Assembly: GCA_963770565.1 (NCBI GenBank)
Contig: CAVYQE010000002.1
Location: 192,001 to 256,000 of the forward strand
Direction of reading: 5' to 3'
DNA: 64,000 nt
Origin: an uncultured Actinomycetota bacterium
GTDB taxonomy: Bacteria; Actinomycetota; Actinomycetes; JAFAQI01
Shown here: positions 26,474 to 36,129 of the stretch, piece after piece
How positions within the stretch are numbered: position 1 is the stretch's first letter
Layout: each line of letters starts with the position of its first letter
The notes under the pieces: model-generated
Told to the model about the DNA's origin: nothing
Database searches by the model: none
The model's input: only the letters and a program-made list of their open reading frames with translations
Position numbers and translations under genes: made by a program

Positions 26474-29400
26474 TCAGGGCGCGGACAGCAGGGCGGCGAG
26501 CTGGTCGCGATCGAGCAGCCGATCGGGGCGCTTCAGCTCGCCGGTCCGGACGTAGAGGAAACCGGCCCGGACGTTCGACGGCTCGACCGCGGCCAGGTCC
26601 GCCCAGGCGAGCCGGTAGATCGCGAGCTGCAGCGCGGCCGAGGCGAAGTCGCGCGGCACGGATCCGGTCTTGTAGTCGATCACGTCGTAGCCGCCGTCGG
26701 CCTCGCGGTAGACGGCGTCGATCCGCCCGCGCACCAAGCGACCGCCGATCACCATCTCGAACGGCGACTCGACCGCCACCGGCCGGCGCTCGCCCCAGCC
26801 GTCGGCCAGGAAGCGCTGCTGCAGGTCGGCCAGCTCGAGGTCCGAGACGTCGGCATCCTCCGCGCCGGGCAGGTCGTCGGGCTCGAGCAGCGGCGCCGCG
26901 CCGTACAGCTGCTCGACCCACCGGTGGAAGCGGGAGCCACGCTTGGCCTGCGCGACCGGCCGGGAGGGCATCGGCCGGGCGAGGGCGCCAGCGAACCCGT
27001 CCGGATCCGTGGAAAGGGACACCACCTGGCTGGTCGTGAGCCGGGCGGGCAAGGTGACGTCGATCGTCGTACGCCGCCGGCGCCGGGCCTCATCGACCAT
27101 CAAGCCGGCGTCCCGCCACCAGCCCTCGGCCGTGACCCGTGCCGTGCCGCCGAGCTCCGCCGGCTCCGCCCCGGCCGCAGCCACCACCATTGCCGCGGCC
27201 GCCCGGCGACGCTCGAGCCGGACCGGGTCCGGCGTGACCGGCCAAGGGATGTCGTCGTGCCCGGACTCGACGAGGTCGTTGACGGCGTCATCGTCAGGGT
27301 CGTCGCACCAGTCGTCGACGGTGACGGTCGGCGCACCGAGCGCCTGGACCTGCTCGAGGAACGTCGACGGCTTCATCCGCTCCCGCCGGGTCTCGCTCCA
27401 CACGTAGCCGGACAACCACAGCCGATGCCGGGCGCGGGTCATCGCGACGTAGGCGAGCCGGCGCTCCTCGTCGGCCGCATCGGCGGTGCAGGCCTGCTTG
27501 AACGCGTCGATGTCGGCGTTCGCGTAGCCGGTCAGGACCGGAAGGTCGGCGCCGTCGCCACGACAGGCGAACGGCAAGACGTGCGCGGCACTCGTCCACG
27601 ATCGGCGGCCGCGATCGGACGGGAAGACACCGCTGACCAGGCCCGGAATGGCGACCACGTCCCACTCGAGGCCCTTCGCTGCGTGGACGGTCATCAACTT
27701 GACCGTGTCGGCGTCCGAGCCGGACGCGATGTCGAGGCCGTCCTCGTTCTCGCTGGCGGCCCGCAGGAAGGCGAGGAACGCGCCGAGGTCGGACTCGCCC
27801 TCAAGCCCGCTGAAGTGCGCGGCCACGTCGAGGAACGAGTGCACGTTGGCGAGCCGGGCGACCGCAAGCGCAGCATCGGTGGCCTCGATCTCGACGTCGA
27901 GGCCACTGCTCCGTACGACCTCGGCGATCACGTCGACGATCGGCTGTCCGGCAAGTGTCCGCAGCCGGCGGATCTCCGCAACGAAGCGGCCGAGCCGTTC
28001 CCGCGCCTCCATCGACAACGCCGCCGACCCTGGCGACTCGGCCGCCTCGAGCAGCGACGGCACCTCGACCGGGTCGACCGAGGCGGTCGCGGCCTCGAGG
28101 GCGTCATCGAGGTGGCCGGCCACCGCCTGCTCGTCGGCGACCTCGGTCCCATCGGCCGCCTCGGCTTCCGCGGTCGGCGCGCTCGGCTCGCCCGGCCCGA
28201 ACGGCCGCAGGCGGGCCAACCGGTCGGCACGCGCGCCGAGCGCGGCGAGGTCGCGGACCCCGATCCGCCACCGCGGCCCGGTGAGCAGGCGCACCGCGGA
28301 CGCGTTGGCGGTGACGTCATTGAGCAACGCCAGGACCGCGACGATGTCGCTGACCTCCGGCATCGCCAGCAGGCCGCCGAGCCCGACCACTTCGACCGGG
28401 ATGTCGCGCTCGACCATCGTGCGGTGCAGTCGGGCGAAGTCCATCCGCCGCCGGGCGAGCACCGCGATCTCGCCATACCTCGTGCCGGCTGAGTGCGCAT
28501 CGACAATCCGCTGGGCCAGCGCCTCGGCCTCATCGATCGCGGTCAGCGGGCGGCTGACGAGGACCTCGCCAGCGTCCTCGGCGCCCGGTCGCGCGGACAG
28601 GATCAGCCCGTCGTCGCTGCCACCTCGGCGCACCAACGACTCCGCGAGCGGCTCGGCGATCCGGTTGGCCGCCGCGAGGATCCGACCGTCGCAGCGGAAG
28701 CTGGTTGCCAGCGTGAGCCGCGCGCGCGGCTCGTGCCCGGCCCGGGTCGGGAAGTGCTCGTCATAACGCGTGATGTTGCTCAACGAGGCGCCGCGCCAGC
28801 CGTAGATCGACTGGTTCGCATCGCCGACCGCGGTCACCGGATGGCCGTCGCCGAACAGTGCGCTCAGCAGAATCCGCTGCGCGACGCCGGTGTCCTGGTA
28901 CTCGTCGAGCACCACGACCGAGAACCGGCGGCGCTCGAGCGCGGCGACCTCCGGGGCTGCGGCGACGATCCGGCAGGCGAGGGCGACCTGGTCGCCGAAG
29001 TCGATCAGGTCGAGCCGGCTCTTCTCCGCGTCGTACGCCGCGACCAGGCCGAGCAGCTCGTCGCGCGCCAGGGTCTGCTCGATGATGTCCCGCGCCGGCT
29101 TCAACGGCTTCGGCAGCGCGCCGATCTCGGCTCGCACCCGCTCGTCATGACGGCGAACCGCGTCCGGCTCGGCGAGGTGATCGGCGAGATCGCCGGCCAG
29201 GAGGACGACCAGGTTCGCGACGTACGGCGTGGTCCAGTTCAGGTGCGCGAACGGGCCGGTCGCCCTGGTCGCGACCCGCATCGCGAGCTGCCACTGCACG
29301 GCCTCGGACATCAGCGTCGCGCCCGGCTCACGACCGATCCGGAGCGCATGGTCGCGCACCAGCGTCGCGGCATACGAGTGGTACGTCGCAACCGTCGGCA

Positions 29401-29728
29401 CGTCGTCGTACGGATCGACGTCGTCGATGCCCGGCTCGGCAATCGCGCGAGGCAGCCGGGCGAGGCATCGGCGGACCCGCTCGGCGAGTTCGCCGGCCGC
29501 CTTGTTGGTGAAGGTCAGGCCCAGGATCTGGGCAGGTGGCACCCGGTGGAAGGCGACCGCGTGCACGACCCGGGCCGCCATCACCATCGTCTTGCCGGAG
29601 CCCGCACCGGCGGTCACCAGCTGCGGCGTGAACGGCGCGGTGATGCAGGCCAGCTGCTCAGCGGTGAAGTCGACGTCGAGCAGCTCGCGCAGGTAGGAAC
29701 CGGAGGCCTCGGGACGCGGTGCGGTCAT
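26474..29728 (-). CDS. adnB: helicase-nuclease AdnB
   Basis: AGAGSGKT, LDEYQDT, HAAKGLEW, C-terminal GRIDAV..DYKTG nuclease. Confidence 0.88.
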   Translation of the reverse strand: MTAPRPEASGSYLRELLDVDFTAEQLACITAPFTPQLVTAGAGSGKTMVMAARVVHAVAFHRVPPAQILGLTFTNKAAGELAERVRRCLARLPRAIAEPGIDDVDPYDDVPTVATYHSYAATLVRDHALRIGREPGATLMSEAVQWQLAMRVATRATGPFAHLNWTTPYVANLVVLLAGDLADHLAEPDAVRRHDERVRAEIGALPKPLKPARDIIEQTLARDELLGLVAAYDAEKSRLDLIDFGDQVALACRIVAAAPEVAALERRRFSVVVLDEYQDTGVAQRILLSALFGDGHPVTAVGDANQSIYGWRGASLSNITRYDEHFPTRAGHEPRARLTLATSFRCDGRILAAANRIAEPLAESLVRRGGSDDGLILSARPGAEDAGEVLVSRPLTAIDEAEALAQRIVDAHSAGTRYGEIAVLARRRMDFARLHRTMVERDIPVEVVGLGGLLAMPEVSDIVAVLALLNDVTANASAVRLLTGPRWRIGVRDLAALGARADRLARLRPFGPGEPSAPTAEAEAADGTEVADEQAVAGHLDDALEAATASVDPVEVPSLLEAAESPGSAALSMEARERLGRFVAEIRRLRTLAGQPIVDVIAEVVRSSGLDVEIEATDAALAVARLANVHSFLDVAAHFSGLEGESDLGAFLAFLRAASENEDGLDIASGSDADTVKLMTVHAAKGLEWDVVAIPGLVSGVFPSDRGRRSWTSAAHVLPFACRGDGADLPVLTGYANADIDAFKQACTADAADEERRLAYVAMTRARHRLWLSGYVWSETRRERMKPSTFLEQVQALGAPTVTVDDWCDDPDDDAVNDLVESGHDDIPWPVTPDPVRLERRRAAAAMVVAAAGAEPAELGGTARVTAEGWWRDAGLMVDEARRRRRTTIDVTLPARLTTSQVVSLSTDPDGFAGALARPMPSRPVAQAKRGSRFHRWVEQLYGAAPLLEPDDLPGAEDADVSDLELADLQQRFLADGWGERRPVAVESPFEMVIGGRLVRGRIDAVYREADGGYDVIDYKTGSVPRDFASAALQLAIYRLAWADLAAVEPSNVRAGFLYVRTGELKRPDRLLDRDQLAALLSAP

Positions 29729-32700
29729 GTCACGACCTGCCCGCCCTCGTCCTGCGCCGGGCACGAGGTCTTGAACCGGCACCGCCGGCAGGCCTCGCTC
29801 GGCCGGGCCGGGAACGCCTCACCGCGGATCGCGGTCGCGATCCCGCCGATCATCTCCTCGACCCAGGCGTCCTCGGGCCCGAGCGCGTCCTGGTGCTGCA
29901 CCCGGGCTGCGCCCCGCAGCGCGGCGCGCAGCTGCAACAGCTCGGCGCCGCCGGGAGTGCTCGACCAGTCCGCGAACGCGCCGCCGCGCACGGCGAGCTG
30001 GTAGACCCCGAGCTGCGGATCGTTCGCGACGTCGCCCTTGGTCGGCGGGTGCTTACTGGTCTTGAGGTCGACGATGACCATGCGGTCGTCGTCGTCGAGC
30101 TCGATCCGGTCGGCCCGGCCGTGGATGACGATGTCGTCACCGACGGGTACGTCGAAGCTGCGCTCTGCTGCGACGCACCGGCGCGGGTCGGCCTGATGCC
30201 AGTCGAGGAAACGCCTCAGCGCGTCCTCGGCCTCGGCGCGATCGCGCACGGCCTGCCACGACGCGTCGTACGGGAGCTGGCTCCACACCGCGTCGAGCCG
30301 CTCCAGCAAAGCGTCGAGCTCCGCAGGCAGCTCGCCGACGACGACGGCCTCGGCGAGCGCGTGGACGATTGACCCGAACCCCTGCGCGGTCGACGTTGAC
30401 TCCTTGGCCTTGACCTCGCGATCGAGGAACCACTCGCGCGGGCAGCGCGTGAACGACGACGCGGCCGAACCGGACAGGTCGATCGGCCGGTCGGTCGGTC
30501 GGACCGGCGTCGCGCCGGGCGTGAGGTCGGCGAGCCCCCACCAGCTCGCGGGCATGGCGGCCGGCAGCAACGGATTGTTGTCGTCGTCAACCGCCGCTCC
30601 CAGGTCGGCGAGGCAGCGGGCCGCCTCGCGCCGCAGCGCATCATCGGTCGCCGGGTCTTCGAGCGCGCGTCGCAACCGGGCCACGAGCGATCCGGGCGAC
30701 AGCACGTTGGTGGGCGCCGGCAGCACCTCGGGCTGGTCGAGGCCGGTCTCGTCCAGGAACCGCGACGGCCGCTCGCTGAGGTCGTCGGTGCCCGACGTGG
30801 CGGTCAGGACGAGCCGCTGGCGGGCCCGGGTGACAGCGACGTAGAACAACCGGCGCTCCTCGACCAGCAGAGCGGCCGACGAAGCAGGGTCGCGCGGGCC
30901 GGTTAGGTCGAGCGCATCCGCATCGAGCAGCGAGCCGCGCCGGCGCAGATCGGGCCAGATCCCCTCCTGGAGATCGGCGACAACCACGAGGTCCCACTCG
31001 AGCCCCTTGGCCCGGTGCGCGGTCAGCAGCCGGACCGAGCCCGGCGCGCCGGACTTCTCCTCGTACGGCGCGGCCGGGATCTCTTGCGCGACCACCTCCT
31101 CGAGCAGTGCACCGACGCTGGCCCGGGGCTGGCGGTCCTCCAGCCGCGAGGCGGCGTCGAAGAGCGCCACGACGGCGTCGAGGTCGCGGTCGGCCGCGCG
31201 GCCGGGGGCGTCCGGCGCGAGCGCCGCGGTGGAGAGGCGGCGGGCCCAGTCCGAGCCGTCCCACAGTGCCCAGAGCACCTCGGCGGGGGTGCCGCCGGCC
31301 GCGGCCACCCGCTCCGCCTCGGCGAGCAACGACGTCAGGCGGCGGACCGGAGCTGCCACCCAGTCCTCGACCGCGTCGAGATCCGCGGGGTCGTCGACCA
31401 CCTCGCCGATGAGCACGGCCGACGGCGCAACGGTGGCTCCGCCGGCCCGGGCCAGGTCGCGCAGCCGCCGCCCGAGCGCCCTGAGCTGAGCGGGCGAGGC
31501 GCCGCCGAGCGGTGACATCAGCAACGTGCGGACCGCATCGGGATCGAGCGGCCGGCGCGGCAGGTGATCGGGCTTCGTGCGGTCCGCGACGATCTCCAGC
31601 GCGCGCAGCAGCGGGGCGACGGCCGGGTCACGGGACAGCGGCAGCTCGTCGGCGGCCACCGAGACCGGCACGCCCGACGCGACCAGCGCACGGCGCACGA
31701 TCGGGATGCTGCGCACGCCCGACCGCACCAGTACAGCCATCTCCGACCACGGCACCTCGTCGATGAGGTGAGCCCGCCGCAACAGGTCGGCGATCCCGCT
31801 GACCTGCGCCCCGACCGAGGAGAACAGCTTGATCTCCGGCGTGATCAGGCTGACTGGACCGGCCGCCTCCAGCCGCCGGTGCGCCTCACGGCGACTGCCG
31901 AGGCGCCCGAGCGGGATCCGCTCGGCGACCGAGCGGGACAGCCGGACGAGATCGGCTCCGGAGCGCCGGCAGACCGTCAGCGTCTTGATCTCGGCCGGGG
32001 TGCCGTCGGCATGGGCGAACCGGTCGGGGAAATCGAGGATCCCGCGCACGTCGGCGCCGCGGAAGCCGTAGATCGACTGGTCCGGATCCCCCACGACGAC
32101 GAGCAGCCGGCCGTCGCCGGCGATCCGCGCGAGCAGCTGCTCCTGCGACGGGTCGGTGTCCTGGTATTCGTCGACGTAGACCGCGCTGAATCGGCTGCAC
32201 ACGTCGCGGGCAGGACCGTCGAGCAGCTCGGCCGCGCGTGCGATCAGCCCGGCGTAGTCGACCTCCTCGCGGATCGCGAGCACGTCGAGGTATTCGTCCA
32301 TGAACTCCCCGGCCGCCACCCACTCCGGCCGGTCGTCGTCGAGTCCGAGGCGCCGCACCGCGGCGCCGTCGAGCCCGCGCTCGCGGGCCCGGTCGAGCAG
32401 GTCGGACACCTCGCGGGCGAAGCCCCGCAGCCGCAGGGCGGGCGAGTACCGTGCCGGCCACTGCGTCGTGCCCTCGCCCTCGGCGTTGCCGACCAGTAGC
32501 TGGTGCACCCGCATCTCTCGCTCGGCGCCGGAGAGCAACCGTGGCAGCCGACCGCCGGGGCCGACGCCATACGCGCGAAGCAGGGAGTAGCAGAAGCTGT
32601 GGAACGTCGATGCGGCCGGCTCCGCCATGGTCCGGCCGAGGCGCGCGGCGATCCGGCCTCGGAGCTCGTCCGCGGCCTTGCGACTGAAGGTGAGTACGAG

Positions 32701-32919
32701 CACCTGGTCGGGTGTCGCGCCGCCCTCGACCCGGGCGACGACCGACTCGACGAGTGTGGTCGTCTTGCCGGTGCCGGGGCCCGCGAGCACCAGCAGCGGC
32801 CCGCGGTCGTGGTCGACGACCTCGCGTTGGAACTGGTCCAGGACCGGCGCAGCGATTGGTACGACAGGACGTCGTACCAGTCGATAGGTCGGAGCGGGCG
32901 CGGGCACGGCAACGATCAC
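29725..32919 (-). CDS. adnA: helicase-nuclease AdnA
   Basis: AGPGTGKT, VDEYQD, RecB-like GRADRIE..DLKT, 4-Cys motif (CP...CRRC...CP). Confidence 0.88.
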   Translation of the reverse strand: MIVAVPAPAPTYRLVRRPVVPIAAPVLDQFQREVVDHDRGPLLVLAGPGTGKTTTLVESVVARVEGGATPDQVLVLTFSRKAADELRGRIAARLGRTMAEPAASTFHSFCYSLLRAYGVGPGGRLPRLLSGAEREMRVHQLLVGNAEGEGTTQWPARYSPALRLRGFAREVSDLLDRARERGLDGAAVRRLGLDDDRPEWVAAGEFMDEYLDVLAIREEVDYAGLIARAAELLDGPARDVCSRFSAVYVDEYQDTDPSQEQLLARIAGDGRLLVVVGDPDQSIYGFRGADVRGILDFPDRFAHADGTPAEIKTLTVCRRSGADLVRLSRSVAERIPLGRLGSRREAHRRLEAAGPVSLITPEIKLFSSVGAQVSGIADLLRRAHLIDEVPWSEMAVLVRSGVRSIPIVRRALVASGVPVSVAADELPLSRDPAVAPLLRALEIVADRTKPDHLPRRPLDPDAVRTLLMSPLGGASPAQLRALGRRLRDLARAGGATVAPSAVLIGEVVDDPADLDAVEDWVAAPVRRLTSLLAEAERVAAAGGTPAEVLWALWDGSDWARRLSTAALAPDAPGRAADRDLDAVVALFDAASRLEDRQPRASVGALLEEVVAQEIPAAPYEEKSGAPGSVRLLTAHRAKGLEWDLVVVADLQEGIWPDLRRRGSLLDADALDLTGPRDPASSAALLVEERRLFYVAVTRARQRLVLTATSGTDDLSERPSRFLDETGLDQPEVLPAPTNVLSPGSLVARLRRALEDPATDDALRREAARCLADLGAAVDDDNNPLLPAAMPASWWGLADLTPGATPVRPTDRPIDLSGSAASSFTRCPREWFLDREVKAKESTSTAQGFGSIVHALAEAVVVGELPAELDALLERLDAVWSQLPYDASWQAVRDRAEAEDALRRFLDWHQADPRRCVAAERSFDVPVGDDIVIHGRADRIELDDDDRMVIVDLKTSKHPPTKGDVANDPQLGVYQLAVRGGAFADWSSTPGGAELLQLRAALRGAARVQHQDALGPEDAWVEEMIGGIATAIRGEAFPARPSEACRRCRFKTSCPAQDEGGQVVT

Positions 32920-32949
32920 AGCACGCCGGTCGGACGCCCGAGGCAGGCG

Positions 32950-33312
32950 CTAGGCGTCGCGGTGCACGATGTCCGGTGCGAACGCGGGCACGCAGACCGC
33001 GATGTAGTCGGCGCCGTCGGGCCCGGGCGAGGAGAACTGCACCCACTCGCCGGCCTTGGTGTGCACCGCTTGCCCGGCGGTCACCTCGAGCCGCCCGGCC
33101 TCGGACTCGACGACGACCATGCCCTGCAGGACAACGGTGAACTCGTCGAACTCCGGCCGCTGCCCGGGCTCGGTCCATCCGCTCGGGCTGGTCATGTGGG
33201 CGACGCTCACGCGCGCCTCACCGGTCGCGACCCGGCCTACGTACTCGCGGATCGTCTTGGGTGGCTCGCCGGCCGCCTCGATGATGCTCGGCGCGTCAAT
33301 CAGCTCGGGCAC
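32950..33312 (-). CDS. cupin domain protein
   Basis: VAHMTSPSGWTEPGQRPEFDE, VCVPAF; GAGGAGG RBS. Confidence 0.85.
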   Translation of the reverse strand: MPELIDAPSIIEAAGEPPKTIREYVGRVATGEARVSVAHMTSPSGWTEPGQRPEFDEFTVVLQGMVVVESEAGRLEVTAGQAVHTKAGEWVQFSSPGPDGADYIAVCVPAFAPDIVHRDA

Positions 33313-33613
33313 GTGTCCTCCTCGTCGTTCGGCCGTCCCAGCGGGCGCGGGACATGTCCACCCGGCCGTTGCGGATCGGCACGTCTTCCTCGCGCAAGAG
33401 CGCCAGCTGGTGCTCCGACTTGTGGGTGGCGCATGAACCGTCCGACCGCAACACCCGGTGCCACGGCACCTCGGCGCCGTACCTCGCCATGACCGTGCCG
33501 ACCGCACGACCGGAACCCTTGCCGACCATCTCCGCGACGTCGCTGTAGGACAGCACGCGGCCCGGCGGGATCCTGTCGACCGCGTCCAGGACGGCGACCG
33601 TGAACGGCGTCAC
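33296..33613 (-). CDS. alkyltransferase-like (MGMT family) protein
   Basis: IPPGRVLSY, RAVG, PWHRV (Trp in place of the catalytic Cys). Confidence 0.88.
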   Translation of the reverse strand: MTPFTVAVLDAVDRIPPGRVLSYSDVAEMVGKGSGRAVGTVMARYGAEVPWHRVLRSDGSCATHKSEHQLALLREEDVPIRNGRVDMSRARWDGRTTRRTRARAD

Positions 33614-33636
33614 GAGAGGAGGCTAACGTCGCCCCC

Positions 33637-34512
33637 ATGCGAATTCTCATCCTTGGTGGGACCCGGCTGGTAGGACGCGGGATCGCCGCGCAGGCACTGG
33701 CCCGAGGCCACGACGTGACGTTGTTCAACCGCGGTCAGACCGACCCGGCCGCTCTGCCGGCCGCGACCCACATCGTCGGCGACCGCAACGGCGACCTGGC
33801 CGAGCTGGCTGCCGGTGAGTGGGACGCGACCGTCGACGTCTGCGCCTATGTGCCGGACCAGGTCCGCCGCCTGCTCACCACACTCGACAAGCGCGCAGGT
33901 CACTACACCTTCATCTCGACGATCAGCGTCTACAGCCAGGACATCCCTGCGAACGGCTACACCGAGGACGCACCACTACTCCCCGCGGCGTGGGACGACA
34001 CGTTGTCGATGGAGAAGTACGGCGAGTTGAAGGTCGGCTGCGAGAACGTTGCGGCCGAGCTCGCAGGCGACCGGCTGCTGACGATCCGGCCCGGTTACGT
34101 GATCGGGCCGCACGACTACACCGAGCGGTTCAACCACTGGGTGCGCGCGGTGGCGGCCGGCCAGCCGTTCGTCGGCCCCGATGCAGACCAGCCATTGCAA
34201 TGCGTCGACGGCCGCGACCTCGGTGCGTTCACGATGGACTGTGTCGAACGCGGCGTCATCGACACCTTCAACGTGACCGCGCCACAGGACGTGCCGACAT
34301 TCGCCGAGGTGCTCGACACCATCGCGCGCGGTCTCGGCGTCGCGCTACCCGAGGTGACCTGGACCGGGACGAACGAGGACCTGCCACTGTCCGACAGCGA
34401 GGAGTACTGGTCGAGCCTGCGGGCCGACTTGTCGAAGGCGATCGCAGCCGGATTCACCTGGCGCCCGCTCGAGGACACCGTCCGCGACATCAAGGCCGAA
34501 CAAGGTTTGTGA
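33637..34512 (+). CDS. NAD-dependent epimerase/reductase (atypical SDR)
   Basis: LILGGTRLVG, ISTISVY, YGELK. Confidence 0.85.
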   Translation: MRILILGGTRLVGRGIAAQALARGHDVTLFNRGQTDPAALPAATHIVGDRNGDLAELAAGEWDATVDVCAYVPDQVRRLLTTLDKRAGHYTFISTISVYSQDIPANGYTEDAPLLPAAWDDTLSMEKYGELKVGCENVAAELAGDRLLTIRPGYVIGPHDYTERFNHWVRAVAAGQPFVGPDADQPLQCVDGRDLGAFTMDCVERGVIDTFNVTAPQDVPTFAEVLDTIARGLGVALPEVTWTGTNEDLPLSDSEEYWSSLRADLSKAIAAGFTWRPLEDTVRDIKAEQGL

Positions 34513-34627
34513 TGCACAGGGCTTGTAGACGCGCATGACGATGCGCAAGGCAGCCGTGCCGTACTCGGATCTAGCGAATAAGCGCCCGGCGTTCCGACGC
34601 CGATTGAGTCGGCGCTACTGTCCGCCG

Positions 34628-34703
34628 CTGATCTTCGCCTTCGTTGCCAGTTTTCGCGCAACACCAACACCGCCGTAGAAGTGGTCGTGAGCGCGAAGAT
34701 CAG
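34628..34703. repeat. palindromic REP-like element, family B, copy 1
   Basis: CTGATCTTCGC...GCGAAGATCAG ends; aligns with 46860-46924. Confidence 0.7.
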
Positions 34704-34812
34704 GGAAGCGCGCGTACGTGCCGCTCGCGCGCTCCACACGTCGTGAAGCAGGGTTTGTGCAGCGAGACGTACCGCAGAAGGTACGGCGCGCTACACGAAC
34801 CGAGCCGGTCGC

Positions 34813-35985
34813 TTAGTACAGCGGTTCGTCGTGCAGGACCTGCGTGCTCCACGCGGTGACGCCGCCTTGCAGGTGCTTGGCGTCCGCGAAACCGGCGTTC
34901 TTGAGCAATGCCAACGATTCCGCCGACCGCACACCTGACTTGCAGTACGCGATGATCGGCCTGTCCTGCGGCAGCTCGGCCAGCTTCGAGGCCAGGTCAC
35001 CCTTGGGGATCAGCACCGCGCCGGGGATCCGGATGATCTCCCACTCGGCCGGCTCGCGAACGTCGACGAGCAGGAAGTTGTCACCGGCATCCTGCATGGC
35101 CTTGAGCTCGGTCGCCGTGATCGTCGATCCGGCGGCTGCGTTCATCGCCTCGTCGGAGACCACGCCGCAGAACGCCTCGTAGTCGATCAGCTCGGCGATG
35201 GTCGGGTTCTTGCCGCACAGCGGGCACTCGGGATCCTTGCGCACCTTGACCGACCGGTACGTCATCTCCAACGCGTCGTAGATCATCAGCCGGCCGACCA
35301 GCGGCTCGCCGATGCCGGTCAGCACCTTGATCGCCTCGTTGACCTGGATCGAACCGATCGACGCGCAGAGCACACCGAGTACGCCACCCTCGGCGCACGA
35401 CGGAACCATGCCCGGCGGTGGCGGCTCCGGATAGAGACAGCGGTAGCACGGGCCGTACTCCGACCAGAAGACCGATGCCTGGCCATCGAACCGGTAGATC
35501 GAACCCCAGACATACGGCTTGTTGAGCAACACGCACGCATCGTTGACGAGGTAGCGGGTCGCGAAGTTGTCGGTGCCGTCGACGATCAGGTCGTAGCCGG
35601 CAAAGATCTCCATCACGTTGCTCGAGTCGAGCCGCTCCTCGTGCAGGAACACGTCGATCAGCGGGTTGATCTCCCGCACGGACTCCATCGCGCTGACCGC
35701 TTTCGGGCGCCCGACGTCGCTCTGGCCGTGGATGACCTGACGCTGCAGGTTCGACTCGTCGACGACGTCGAAGTCGACGATGCCGAGCGTGCCGACGCCG
35801 GCCGCCGCGAGATACATCAGCGCCGGAGAGCCGAGACCGCCGGCACCGACACAGAGGACTCGGGCGTTCTTCAGCCGCTTCTGGCCGTCCATCGCAACGT
35901 CCGGGATGATCAGGTGGCGCGAATAGCGCCGGATCTCCTGGGGCGTCAGCTCCGCAGCAGGCTCCACCAGCGGGGGCAATGGCAC
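34813..35985 (-). CDS. moeZ: adenylyltransferase/sulfurtransferase MoeZ (MoeB-rhodanese)
   Basis: RYSRHL, GAGGLG, SNLQRQ, CYRC, CPLC, rhodanese YCKSGVRS. Confidence 0.93.
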   Translation of the reverse strand: MPLPPLVEPAAELTPQEIRRYSRHLIIPDVAMDGQKRLKNARVLCVGAGGLGSPALMYLAAAGVGTLGIVDFDVVDESNLQRQVIHGQSDVGRPKAVSAMESVREINPLIDVFLHEERLDSSNVMEIFAGYDLIVDGTDNFATRYLVNDACVLLNKPYVWGSIYRFDGQASVFWSEYGPCYRCLYPEPPPPGMVPSCAEGGVLGVLCASIGSIQVNEAIKVLTGIGEPLVGRLMIYDALEMTYRSVKVRKDPECPLCGKNPTIAELIDYEAFCGVVSDEAMNAAAGSTITATELKAMQDAGDNFLLVDVREPAEWEIIRIPGAVLIPKGDLASKLAELPQDRPIIAYCKSGVRSAESLALLKNAGFADAKHLQGGVTAWSTQVLHDEPLY

Positions 35986-35990
35986 GTTCG

Positions 35991-36056
35991 TCACCTCATG
36001 CGTGTACGTCGACGGCTAACGGCATCGCGATCAGGTCGCGACATCAAGGGTTGCAT
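35991..36056 (-). CDS. putative leaderless 21-aa uORF preceding moeZ
   Basis: ATG 7 nt after the SigR-type -10; MQPLMSRPDRDAVSRRRTRMR*; stop overlaps the moeZ RBS. Confidence 0.35.
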   Translation of the reverse strand: MQPLMSRPDRDAVSRRRTRMR

Positions 36057-36063
36057 GAGTTGA

Positions 36064-36089
36064 AACCGGGCCGGCCGAGCCGTTGTTCC
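36064..36089 (-). promoter_or_regulatory. SigR/SigH-type promoter of moeZ
   Basis: GGAAC-N18-GTT. Confidence 0.65.
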
Positions 36090-36129
36090 GGCGGACCGGG
36101 TCGAAGGCGTTGCCCGCGCGCCCGGCGAG

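Noticed and set aside
26474-32919. Tandem helicase-nucleases as a novel defence system
   Set aside because: They match housekeeping AdnAB in the usual nudC/uvrD2 context.
7119-34512. Recent duplication of the two GGTR-type reductases (7119-8138 and 33637-34512)
   Set aside because: Only family-level motif similarity; the sequences are clearly diverged.
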